From NCBI GenBank assembly GCA_946626755.1, contig CAMOUW010000002.1:3617-67616 (forward strand): DNA of 64,000 bases, in the 5' to 3' direction. How positions within the stretch are numbered: the stretch's first letter is position 1; the number at the start of each line of letters is the position of its first letter. This stretch comes from an uncultured Clostridia bacterium. Lineage in GTDB: Bacteria; Bacillota; Clostridia; Lachnospirales; Lachnospiraceae. The translations under genes and the position numbers were made by a program. The notes beneath the pieces are model-generated. The model was not told the DNA's origin, searched no databases, and worked only from the letters and a program-made list of their open reading frames with translations. Positions 10,232-19,311 of the stretch are shown here, piece by piece.

Positions 10232-11845
10232 ATGAAAAAAAAGTTTTTGACACTGGGACTTATTGCGGGAGTTGCTATCCCTCTTGCAGCCTGCGGGGGA
10301 ACAGGCGGTGGTGAATCTACAAGTACGACAGCAGCTACAGAGGCAACGACTGCTGCCGCAGAATCTACGACTGCTGCAAGTTCTTCATCAAGCGGCGAGA
10401 AGAAGGTATTTACCTACGGAACTACCGGTTACGGCGTAGACATGCTTGATAACGGTACCAATCCCCATGACGGATACATGGGCTGGAGCGCTCTTCGTTA
10501 CGGTGTAGGTGAAACACTCTTTAAGTTTACGGACTCCATGGAGGTTGAGCCATGGCTTGCTACAGGATATGAGTTTGTTGATGATACACATTGCAAGATC
10601 ACACTTCGCGATGATGTAACATTTTCATCAGGAAGAAAGATGGACGGCCAGGCTGTTAAAGAATGCTTAGATGACCTGATCGCAGTTCATGACCGTGCCC
10701 CCGGAGACCTTAAGATTAAGGAGATTACGGCGGACGGAAACACTATCACGATCGAGACTACAGAGCCCTGTCCTGCTCTTATCAATTATCTTTCAGATCC
10801 TTACGGATGTATCATAGATATGCAGGTTCCCGAGAAGGACAGCATTGTAGTAGGTACAGGTCCGTTTATCTGTACAAAGGTACAGGATGAGCAGATGGAT
10901 CTCGTAAAGAATGAGAACTACTGGGGCGGCGAGGTTAAGAGTGATGAGGTTATCATCAAGGGTATCAGTGATGGTGACACACTTACCGCAGCTCTTCAGG
11001 CCGGTGAGGTAGACGCTACATACGGAATGCCTTATGCAAGCTATCCTTTGTTTGAAGGCAATCCTGAGTACGAATTCAGCGCATGCGAGACAAGCCGTCA
11101 GTTCTTCGGAAAGATGAACTACAACTCAGAGATCATGAAGGATGAGGCTGTTAGAAAAGCCATTGCCATGGGTATTGACAAGGAGGGCTTTGTGACTACC
11201 CTTCTTCAGGGTCACGGCGCTACATCAAAGGGACCCTTCCCTGCAAGCTTTGCATTTGGTGATAATACAGTAACAGCGCCTGCATATGATCCTGAAGGCG
11301 CAAAGGCCGCTCTTGATGCTGCAGGCTGGACGGTTGGCAGTGACGGGATAAGAGAGAAGGACGGAAAGAAGCTTTCCATCAACTGGCTTACATATCCCGG
11401 ACGTCAGGAGCTTCCTCTCCTTGCAGAGTCTGCACAGGCTACACTTAAGGAGATCGGGATCGACGTTCAGATCAACAACACAAAGGAGCATAAGACATTC
11501 TGGAAGGATGGAAACTATGATATCTATGTAAGCGCCATGGTTACCGCTCCTACAGGTGATCCCGAGTACTTCTTTACAACACACGCGCTTTCCGGATCAG
11601 CAAGTAACTATGAAGGATACAGCAACGCCAAGTTAGACGAGCTTGCTGCAACACTTCATAAGACCTTTGACGAGACAGAGAGAGGCAAGCTTGCTACAGA
11701 GATGAGTCAGATTTTAATTGATGATAGTGCATATGTATTTGCTTCACATCTTCAGATGAATATCATCAAGACAAAGGGAGTTTCCGGTCTGGAAGCGCAT
11801 CCCTGCGATTACTATGAAATCAACAAGGACACTGTTAAAGAATAA
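10232..11845 (+). CDS. ABC transporter substrate-binding lipoprotein, family 5 (peptide/nickel)
   Basis: Has a signal peptide with lipobox LAACGG, a Thr/Ala/Ser linker and an SBP_bac_5-like body. AGGAGG lies 11 nt upstream of the ATG at 10232. Confidence 0.88.
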   Translation: MKKKFLTLGLIAGVAIPLAACGGTGGGESTSTTAATEATTAAAESTTAASSSSSGEKKVFTYGTTGYGVDMLDNGTNPHDGYMGWSALRYGVGETLFKFTDSMEVEPWLATGYEFVDDTHCKITLRDDVTFSSGRKMDGQAVKECLDDLIAVHDRAPGDLKIKEITADGNTITIETTEPCPALINYLSDPYGCIIDMQVPEKDSIVVGTGPFICTKVQDEQMDLVKNENYWGGEVKSDEVIIKGISDGDTLTAALQAGEVDATYGMPYASYPLFEGNPEYEFSACETSRQFFGKMNYNSEIMKDEAVRKAIAMGIDKEGFVTTLLQGHGATSKGPFPASFAFGDNTVTAPAYDPEGAKAALDAAGWTVGSDGIREKDGKKLSINWLTYPGRQELPLLAESAQATLKEIGIDVQINNTKEHKTFWKDGNYDIYVSAMVTAPTGDPEYFFTTHALSGSASNYEGYSNAKLDELAATLHKTFDETERGKLATEMSQILIDDSAYVFASHLQMNIIKTKGVSGLEAHPCDYYEINKDTVKE

Positions 11846-11930
11846 TATATTTCTTATTTAACAAATATACTTTTCAACTTAGAGAAAAGGGGTTTTATCA
11901 CAAAATTGTCTATACTAAAGCCCCTTTATG

Positions 11931-12002
11931 TGGATCACTTAATACAAGTGATCCATGATCTAAACGGCTTGAGTTTTCTATAATTCAAGCCGTTTAGATC
12001 AT
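11931..12002 (+). other. Two adjacent perfect hairpins between the binding-protein gene and the ATPase genes
   Basis: First hairpin is tggatcact/agtgatcca (9 bp). Second is atgatctaaacggcttga/tcaagccgtttagatcat (18 bp perfect, 12-nt loop). There is no immediate T-run. Confidence 0.6.
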
Positions 12003-12040
12003 GGATTATAGGTTTTTATCATAACATTTACATAAAAGGT

Positions 12041-12832
12041 ATGATTATGGAAGATATTATTACGTATGACAATGTGGAAATATCCTACAGAGGCAAACCA
12101 GTGGTGCAGGATGTAAGCTTTGGTGTGAAAAAAGGGGAAATTCTGGGGATAGTTGGTGAGTCGGGAAGTGGTAAGAGTACTATCATAAAGGCTGCTATGG
12201 GATTACTGGGTGATGTTGGTCTTGTGACAAAAGGGGATATCTGGTTCGAGGGTAAAAATTTGCCGGATCTCTCTGAAAAAGAGATGAGGAAGATAAATGG
12301 TCCTAAATTGAGTATGATCTTTCAAAATGCAGTGGGTGCCATGTGTCCCATAAGGACAGTAGGGGCACAGATATATGAGAGTCTAAAGGAACACGGTCAT
12401 GATGATAAGGAAGAGTTCAAAAAGAACGCCATAGAAATGATGGCAAAAATAGGATTGACCGATGGAGAGAGAGTATTGGAAAGTTATCCTTTTGAATTAT
12501 CCGGCGGTATGAATCAGAGGGTTGCTATTTGTATGGCTATGCTCATGAACCCGGATATTCTTTTTGCTGATGAGCCTACGTCTGCGCTTGATGTTTCAGT
12601 ACAGAAGCGGGTGGTGGAGGAGATGGTTCAGATGAGGGATCATTTTAATACCACTATAATTATCGTTACTCATAATATCGGTGTGGTCAGAGCCATGTGT
12701 GATACGTGCCTTGTGCTTCAGCATGGTGATATCATGGAATATGGTGATGCAAAGCAGGTAATAGACAATCCGCAAAATGAATATACGAAGAAATTAATGG
12801 ACGCTGTTCCGAAACTTAAAAAAGCTGTGTAA
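12041..12832 (+). CDS. ABC transporter ATP-binding protein (OppD/DppD/NikD type)
   Basis: Walker A GESGSGKST, signature LSGGMNQR and Walker B ILFADEPTSALD are present. Confidence 0.9.
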   Translation: MIMEDIITYDNVEISYRGKPVVQDVSFGVKKGEILGIVGESGSGKSTIIKAAMGLLGDVGLVTKGDIWFEGKNLPDLSEKEMRKINGPKLSMIFQNAVGAMCPIRTVGAQIYESLKEHGHDDKEEFKKNAIEMMAKIGLTDGERVLESYPFELSGGMNQRVAICMAMLMNPDILFADEPTSALDVSVQKRVVEEMVQMRDHFNTTIIIVTHNIGVVRAMCDTCLVLQHGDIMEYGDAKQVIDNPQNEYTKKLMDAVPKLKKAV

Positions 12833-12912
12833 TCTTCAGTAAATGGAGATTTACCTTAGTGATTTGACGAAAGCAGCTGGTAATGGTGATTGTTATATAG
12901 AGGAATATTGCA

Positions 12913-13974
12913 TTGGAAGATAAAAATGACGAAGTAAAAAAAACGAAAGAAAAATTAACTGACAAATCAAAAAAAGCTGAAGAAAAGGCAGCAAAGGAAG
13001 CCGCTAAAGCTAAGGAAAGGGCTGAAAAGGAAGCGTTAAAAGCAAAAAGGAAGACAGCCAGAGATTCAGAAAGATCTAAAAAGATGGTAGAAAAGCTGGC
13101 GAAGAAGAAAGCAAAGGCCGGAATATATGCAGAGACTATAGAAAATGTAGCATCTTCAGGAACATCAGCTATTCATTATCTTTCACCTGAGGATAATCCT
13201 AATCTTGAAATTACGGATGATACTATTCTGGTCGTAAATAATCTTACCAAGGTTTTTCACAAGAAAGGACAGGGGGAGTTTACTGCAGTTGACCATGTCA
13301 GTTTTACGTTAAATAAGGGGGAGTGTCTGGGCATAGTAGGAGAGTCGGGAAGCGGTAAATCGACCATAGTAAAAATGATAACAAGGCTTTTAGATGCTAC
13401 TGAAGGGACGATTTCTTTGAACGGTAAAGATGTTACCAATGTTAAGGGCAAGGATCAGAGAGAGCTTTACAAAAATATACAGATGGTGTTCCAGATGCCT
13501 TTCGATTCTTTTGATCCCAGACATAATCTTGGTTGCGGCGTTGGAGAGAGTTTGAGAAACAACGGTATGTCGAAAGAGGATACCAACAAAAGAGTGGCAG
13601 AGCTTTTGGAGATGTGTGGACTTGAACCGGAGTTTGCATCCCGCTACCCACATCAGGTTAGTGGTGGACAGTGCCAGAGAGCAGCCATAGCGAGAGCTAT
13701 AGCCATAGATCCGGAGATACTGATCTGTGATGAGGCTACCAGTGCTCTTGACGTAACGGTTCAAAGGCAGGTTTTGGATCTTCTGGTGGAACTCCGGAAA
13801 AAACTTGGAATGTCATATCTGTTTATTTCCCATGATCTGGCAGTTGTCCAGCAGATATGTGACAGGGTATTGGTTTTGTATCACGGAAAGATAGTAGAGA
13901 CCGGTACTCCTGATGAGATAATAAACAGTCCCAAGGATCCATATACAAAAAATCTTGTGGAATCGGTATTGTGA
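12913..13974 (+). CDS. ABC transporter ATP-binding protein (OppF/DppF/NikE type) with about 100-aa Lys/Ala/Glu-rich N-terminal extension
   Basis: Walker A GESGSGKST, signature VSGGQCQR and Walker B ILICDEATSALD are present. Start is TTG at 12913, 7 nt after GAGGAA. An alternative ATG at 13083 would shorten the extension. Confidence 0.85.
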   Translation: MEDKNDEVKKTKEKLTDKSKKAEEKAAKEAAKAKERAEKEALKAKRKTARDSERSKKMVEKLAKKKAKAGIYAETIENVASSGTSAIHYLSPEDNPNLEITDDTILVVNNLTKVFHKKGQGEFTAVDHVSFTLNKGECLGIVGESGSGKSTIVKMITRLLDATEGTISLNGKDVTNVKGKDQRELYKNIQMVFQMPFDSFDPRHNLGCGVGESLRNNGMSKEDTNKRVAELLEMCGLEPEFASRYPHQVSGGQCQRAAIARAIAIDPEILICDEATSALDVTVQRQVLDLLVELRKKLGMSYLFISHDLAVVQQICDRVLVLYHGKIVETGTPDEIINSPKDPYTKNLVESVL

Positions 13975-13990
13975 TACATGATGTATTTTT

Positions 13991-14022
13991 GTCCCGGGTG
14001 GTTTACGTGGGACTTTTTTTTT
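13991..14022 (+). terminator. Rho-independent terminator of the ABC operon
   Basis: Hairpin gtccc...gggac followed by a run of about 9 T residues. Confidence 0.75.
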
Positions 14023-14037
14023 ATTATAGTATAGCGT

Positions 14038-15132
14038 ATGAAGATTATAAAAAAGAACCTGGTAATGTTTATAGCATTGGCAGCAGCCATTATCACTGCC
14101 TTTTTTGTGCCTCCGGATAAGGATTATATATCGTATTTTGATTTTAAAACCTTAACCTGCCTTTTTTGTGTACTTGCAGTTGTATGTGCATTAAAAAATA
14201 TAAAGTTCTTTTATATGTTGGCGCGTAAAGTTGTAGAACTGTCAAAAAATACCAGACTTAGTGTATTGGTTCTGGTATATATTACATTTATCGGATCTAT
14301 GCTGATAGCAAATGATATGGCACTTCTGACGTTTCTTCCCCTTGGATTTATTGTTCTTGACTCCACGGATAACAGGAAGTACATGGCATTTACATTCATC
14401 ATGCAAAACATTGCTGCCAATCTCGGGGGAATGCTCACTCCTTTTGGTAATCCTCAAAATCTGTATTTATATACGGCTTTTAACATACCTACAGGAGAAT
14501 TTGTTCTTATCATGCTTCCGCTTTTTTTGTTGTCTGTAGGCCTTATTACACTGTGTTGTTTCGTGTTTGTAAAGCCTGAGCCTATGCGTCTTAGTGATGA
14601 AGCGTTTAGCATAGACAAAAGGAAAATGATACTCTATCTTGCGCTTTTTGCCCTGGCTATAGCAATAGTATTCAGGGGAATACCCTATTGGATAGGCTTG
14701 ATAATCATTCCTATTGTACTTATATTTGCTGACAGAAAAGCACTTAAAGATGTGGATTACCCATTGCTCTTGACATTTGTTTTCTTTTTCATTTTTGCCG
14801 GAAATATGTCAAGAATAGATGCTGTAAGTACATTTTTATCAGGACTTCTTAGTAAAAATACACTTATTGTCAGCGCACTTTCATGCCAGTGTATAAGCAA
14901 TGTGCCATCGGCTATTCTTCTTTCGAGATTTACGCAGGATTACAGTCATTTACTTATGGGGGTAAATATAGGAGGTACCGGAACTATCATTGCATCCCTT
15001 GCGAGTCTTATTACCTTCAGAGAATATGTAAGTCACAATCCGGGTAAAGCCGGAGCTTATCTCGGGAAGTTTTCAGCGTTCAATTTTGCCTTTTTAGGTA
15101 TATTGCTGTTATTTGCCGAACTTGTATTATAA
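14038..15132 (+). CDS. ArsB/NhaD-superfamily (citrate-transporter-like) anion permease
   Basis: 364 aa and polytopic. Contains motifs typical of the CitMHS/ArsB-like fold (LTPFGNPQNLYLY, GVNIGGTGTIIASLA). Confidence 0.65.
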   Translation: MKIIKKNLVMFIALAAAIITAFFVPPDKDYISYFDFKTLTCLFCVLAVVCALKNIKFFYMLARKVVELSKNTRLSVLVLVYITFIGSMLIANDMALLTFLPLGFIVLDSTDNRKYMAFTFIMQNIAANLGGMLTPFGNPQNLYLYTAFNIPTGEFVLIMLPLFLLSVGLITLCCFVFVKPEPMRLSDEAFSIDKRKMILYLALFALAIAIVFRGIPYWIGLIIIPIVLIFADRKALKDVDYPLLLTFVFFFIFAGNMSRIDAVSTFLSGLLSKNTLIVSALSCQCISNVPSAILLSRFTQDYSHLLMGVNIGGTGTIIASLASLITFREYVSHNPGKAGAYLGKFSAFNFAFLGILLLFAELVL

Positions 15133-15535
15133 ATTACTAAAAAAGTGCAATTATTCATAAAAGAAATGTTTTTTTTGAAAATACCGAAAAAAATAAAGTG
15201 AAAATATCCCCCCATAGGGCTTATATGTGACTTTGAGAGATGGTACTATAATCTTGCCCGTTAAAGAGAAGAGGTTTTAGGGCTGTTGTTATTTGCTTAT
15301 AATTAATCATAACAATCAAAAATAATAGTTCGTTCTCTCCAACGATAGCTCTTCTCACTTTTGGGAAGCAGGTCGCCCTCCCAGCGATTTGCTTTCTTTT
15401 TTTTTTGCAAAATTTTAGGAAGATATAATTAGCTTTTATTTTTAAGAAAAATTGCAATAAAAAAACGCCGTGTGAGGCGTTTTCTTGGAGGTTACGTTAC
15501 TACTTATAAGTTCAGAAAATGAAATTTAGCACATT

Positions 15536-15642
15536 TTAGCTCCATATCGTTTTATCTATAAAATATGAAAAGGAGAACAATCCGCATGGCAAGATAAAGT
15601 ATGTATGGAGCTAAAAAGGTTTGTCTCACCATGCGGACAAAC
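15536..15642 (+). promoter_or_regulatory. Candidate structured leader RNA (nested hairpins with pseudoknot potential) upstream of the MATE gene
   Basis: 11-bp helix ttagctccata/tatggagctaa (15536-46 / 15604-14). Its loop segment tccgcatgg (15581-89) is complementary to ccatgcgga (15629-37), which lies inside the next hairpin gtttgtc/gacaaac. Confidence 0.3.
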
Positions 15643-15732
15643 ATAGTATTACATATATGCATTCTCTGTGTAAGCCCCGTAGGGGGATAAATATTTGATC
15701 ATTATTTTTATTTTAGTTTTGTGTACGCAATA

Positions 15733-15762
15733 ATAACCCCCCAGGGGGGTTAATTGTTTTTT
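15733..15762 (+). terminator. Terminator-like hairpin just upstream of the MATE start
   Basis: ataaccccccaggggggttaattgtttttt, that is a C6/G6 stem plus a T-run, 57 nt before the ATG at 15819. Confidence 0.5.
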
Positions 15763-15818
15763 GAAAAGGAGTACAATATATGAATATATAATCATGTGTT
15801 ATTATGGAGAGGGTTTAA

Positions 15819-17207
15819 ATGCGTCGTTCAGAGATTGATTTTACATCAGGCGGTATTTATAAGAAAATAGTACTTTTTATCTTGCCTATAATAGGAGCAT
15901 ATCTCATTCAGCAGGCTTACAATTCTGCTGATCTGATCTTTGCGGGGAACAGACTTGGAAAAACGGCATCGGCAGCTATAGGATCCAGCAGTCTTATAGT
16001 AGTGTTGGCTATTGGTCTTTGCGGAGGTCTTTCCGTAGGGACCGGCATTTTGTTTTCAAAGGCTTACGGCGCAAAGGATCTGGAAGCACAAAAAAGGATT
16101 GGAAGTGTTGTTCTTATTCTCTCCATTTTGTTTGGCGGGGCTGTAATGATGGCAGGTATGCTGCTTGCAAAACCTATTCTTATCCTTATGCAGACACCTC
16201 AGGATATTTTGGACATGGGGGTAGGGTATATAAGGATATATTTTTTAAGCCTGATTTCCATGATGTTGTTCAATATGACTGCCGGAATCCTAAGAGGAAC
16301 AGGGGATTCTCTTACACCTATGATATTTCAGATCATTTCCGGAGGAATAAATGTATTTCTGGACTGGCTGTTTATTACAATAATGCCTGACGGGATTATA
16401 GGTGTGGCATGGGCTACGGTTATATCTCAAACAGTGGCAGCTATAGGCACATATATTTATTTTAGAAAAGGTGATAAAAAACTATGGGTAAAGACTCATG
16501 ATGAAGAAGGAGGAAAGATAGATCCTGAAGAAGTACCTGAAGAGATGGGGGCTATAATAAAAAAGATATTTTCACTGGGACTGCCTGTGGGATTTCAGAG
16601 TATGCTTGTAACTCTTTCAAATATATTTATTCAGGCAAATATAAATTCCCTGGGAGTGGATGGGATTGCCGCTTTTACCGCTTATTTTAAAGTGGAGCTG
16701 TTCATGTATTATCCCATAATGTCACTGGGGCAGGCAGCTTTGTTTATGGTGGGACAAAATCTGGGAGCAAAGAAAACCGAAAGGATACGTCCATCTGTGG
16801 CAGCGGCAATTAAGATAGGTATTCCACTTGTTGCAGCTATAAGTGTAGTAATGTTATTCTTTGGTGCTTTTGTTTACAGAATATTCAATCCTGAAGCGGA
16901 GGTTATTAAATATGGTATGTCTATAATGTATGTTACAGCACCTCTGTACTGGACATATGTGATACTTGAAGTTTTATCAAATTCTATCAGAAGCTATGGA
17001 AAGACTAAAACAGCCATGTTGGTCACACTGATTTTGTTTGCCGGGGCAAGAGCTGCGCTTCTGGGGATTTATAATGCTGCCGGTATTTTGAATATATATA
17101 CGATCGCCAGTGTATTTCCTATCACATGGGTGGTTACGGTATTTACGTTTTATATAATATGGAAAAAACTACGACCTTCCGAAAAGAGTTTAAGGAAACT
17201 GAACTGA
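15819..17207 (+). CDS. MATE family efflux transporter
   Basis: 462 aa with 12 TM helices and a typical MATE N-terminus (ILPIIGAYLIQQAYNSADLIFAG). Confidence 0.88.
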   Translation: MRRSEIDFTSGGIYKKIVLFILPIIGAYLIQQAYNSADLIFAGNRLGKTASAAIGSSSLIVVLAIGLCGGLSVGTGILFSKAYGAKDLEAQKRIGSVVLILSILFGGAVMMAGMLLAKPILILMQTPQDILDMGVGYIRIYFLSLISMMLFNMTAGILRGTGDSLTPMIFQIISGGINVFLDWLFITIMPDGIIGVAWATVISQTVAAIGTYIYFRKGDKKLWVKTHDEEGGKIDPEEVPEEMGAIIKKIFSLGLPVGFQSMLVTLSNIFIQANINSLGVDGIAAFTAYFKVELFMYYPIMSLGQAALFMVGQNLGAKKTERIRPSVAAAIKIGIPLVAAISVVMLFFGAFVYRIFNPEAEVIKYGMSIMYVTAPLYWTYVILEVLSNSIRSYGKTKTAMLVTLILFAGARAALLGIYNAAGILNIYTIASVFPITWVVTVFTFYIIWKKLRPSEKSLRKLN

Positions 17208-17263
17208 ATTTACATATATCTTATTTAATAGTGATGATGTCAAGATTCTATAGAGTTAGAACA

Positions 17264-17296
17264 GGGATGCCTGAGGCGTCCTTTTTTATTTGTTTT
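17264..17296 (+). terminator. Rho-independent terminator after MATE gene
   Basis: ggatgcc-tga-ggcgtcc followed by ttttttatttgtttttt. A second hairpin (aagcacag...ctgtgctt) lies at 17312-17339. Confidence 0.7.
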
Positions 17297-17487
17297 TTCA
17301 AAAGCGTAAAAAAAGCACAGCGGAGAAGTCTGTGCTTTTAAATAGTTAATTGATTATGATTATGAGGTTGCGAGAAAAAAATCTCACAAGGCGACATTAA
17401 ATCATAAAAAACAACATTTGTCAAGCGTTTTTTTAAAATAATTAAAAATCTTCGAAAGCTACCAAACAGAATTGTGAAAAAACTATG

Positions 17488-17516
17488 TTGACACTGTCTT
17501 TTCAAGGGGATAATAT
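17488..17516 (+). promoter_or_regulatory. Sigma-A-type promoter for the surface-protein gene
   Basis: TTGACA, a 17-nt spacer, then TAATAT. Confidence 0.5.
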
Positions 17517-17576
17517 AGATAGTAAGATAGTGTTGTTTTTGATAGAAATGCTATGTTTTCGAGGAGGATTTTAGAA

Positions 17577-19172
17577 ATGAAGATAAAAGTCAAAGCTAAA
17601 AAATTTATATTTGCAGTGATGGCAGCTGTAGCTATAAGCATGCCTGCCGTGCAGATGTCAGCACCTTTAGCGGTCCATGCGGAAGAGATAAATGGGGACC
17701 TTCCGGATACTAATGAGGGAGACATACAGGGTACAAATACTGATGCTGATGGTGGAAAAGAGGCAGAGAACGATTTCCGGGTGAGTACGTTTGTAAATCC
17801 GGATGAAGAAGACGGAGAGGTTCATGGTACTCTTGTTTCTGATGTAAGCATTGCAAAGGCCGGAGATACTGTTACATTTACAGTCACACCTGAAGAGGGT
17901 TATAAGCTGGAAGACGGCATATTGTTTGTAACGGACTCCTCAAAACCGGATGAGTTTTATGAAGCGACAAAGACCGGTGAAAATACATTTACGGTCACTA
18001 TGCCGGCGGACAACATAACGGCTGAGGCATATTTTGTGAAAGTGCAGGACAGTTACAAGGTAAATACAAAAGTGAGTACTGATTCCAGAGATGGAAAGCT
18101 TTACGGAAGGTTAAAGACTGATCTTGCAGATGGTATGGCTAAGCCCGGAGATACCGTGACAGTTACTGCTACACCGGAAGTTACTTACGTTTTAAACAGT
18201 ATATTTGTATATGATAGAAGTGGTGAAGAGATAGGTGAAGAGGTAGGACTTCGCAATATAGATGAGAATACTTTTTCATTTATCATGCCCTCTGAAGAGG
18301 TGGACGTTGTTGGAGTTTTCCTGTCGGATGAAGAACTTGATTCTTTAATCGATTTTTGGGCAAACAGGAAAGATTATACAAATATAATGTCTCTTTATCT
18401 GGGCTCGGATGGTGTTTATACCGTAACAATTGTAAAACCTATATCTCTGAATAAAATAGAACAGTACGATTTTAAAGGTGTTTACGACAAAGAGCTTAAA
18501 CGTCTGGGATTTGATTCTTCTATAAAAACAATAATTACTTATGGTGAGAATGGTGACGTGGCTGACACGGTTGAGTCAAAAGCTCCCGGTGGTGCTCTTA
18601 TCAACAAAGACGGCATATTTTTCTTGAATATAGAAGGAGACGCTGAGGATAAAGAGCCTGTGCAGTTTGAGAAGATAGAAAGAGCTTATTTTACTAATAT
18701 AAGCGAATCGGAAAACGGAAATGTAATAGTTGAAAAAAATATGCCGGTACCCGGTGAACATGTGATCGTCAAGACAGTGCCTGATCTTGGGTTTGAAACC
18801 CAAAAAGTAAATGTGCTTGATGAAGACGGTAAAGAGGTGCCGGTTGGTAAAATCGGTCCCAATGCATTTGTCTTCTTTATGCCGAAGAGTGATGTAACTG
18901 TAAGCGCTACTTTTGTGGCTTCAGAAGCTGAGGAGGAACCTGTTGATCCAGGTGTTGAAAATGACAGCATAAACGGTCAGTCCGGTACTTTGGTGCCGTC
19001 TTCTGCAGGTAATGCAATAAACGGATATACGACCACCGGCGGAAATGTGGTTTATTCTACTGCAGTAAAGACAGGAAACGCCAATCTGCTTCCTCTTTGG
19101 ATCGGACTTGCTGCAGCATCTGCAGCTGCTGCAGTTACGCTGATAACAGTAAAGAAAAAGAGAAATAATTAA
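17577..19172 (+). CDS. Cell-surface protein with repeated InlB-B-repeat-like domains and a C-terminal sorting-signal-like tail
   Basis: Has a signal peptide. Repeats follow the pattern GDTVTFTVTPEEGYKL...ENTFTVTMPADNITAEAYF. The C-terminus reads AVKTGNAN, then a hydrophobic helix, then KKKRNN. Confidence 0.7.
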   Translation: MKIKVKAKKFIFAVMAAVAISMPAVQMSAPLAVHAEEINGDLPDTNEGDIQGTNTDADGGKEAENDFRVSTFVNPDEEDGEVHGTLVSDVSIAKAGDTVTFTVTPEEGYKLEDGILFVTDSSKPDEFYEATKTGENTFTVTMPADNITAEAYFVKVQDSYKVNTKVSTDSRDGKLYGRLKTDLADGMAKPGDTVTVTATPEVTYVLNSIFVYDRSGEEIGEEVGLRNIDENTFSFIMPSEEVDVVGVFLSDEELDSLIDFWANRKDYTNIMSLYLGSDGVYTVTIVKPISLNKIEQYDFKGVYDKELKRLGFDSSIKTIITYGENGDVADTVESKAPGGALINKDGIFFLNIEGDAEDKEPVQFEKIERAYFTNISESENGNVIVEKNMPVPGEHVIVKTVPDLGFETQKVNVLDEDGKEVPVGKIGPNAFVFFMPKSDVTVSATFVASEAEEEPVDPGVENDSINGQSGTLVPSSAGNAINGYTTTGGNVVYSTAVKTGNANLLPLWIGLAAASAAAAVTLITVKKKRNN

Positions 19173-19311
19173 TGGCCTTTTGCAACGAAAGGAACAGGAT
19201 GATTTCCTGATCTGATCATGAGATATAAAAGAACCTTATCCCGTAAAGCAAACCGCTTTTGGGATTCGGTTCTTTTTTACAATTATTTTTTAGGATACGT
19301 TTCGGGAGGTG

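Noticed and set aside
15221-15457. 78-aa minus-strand ORF in the gene-free region
   Set aside because: It has no RBS and a Lys/Phe-rich AT-driven composition. The region is better explained by RNA structure elements.
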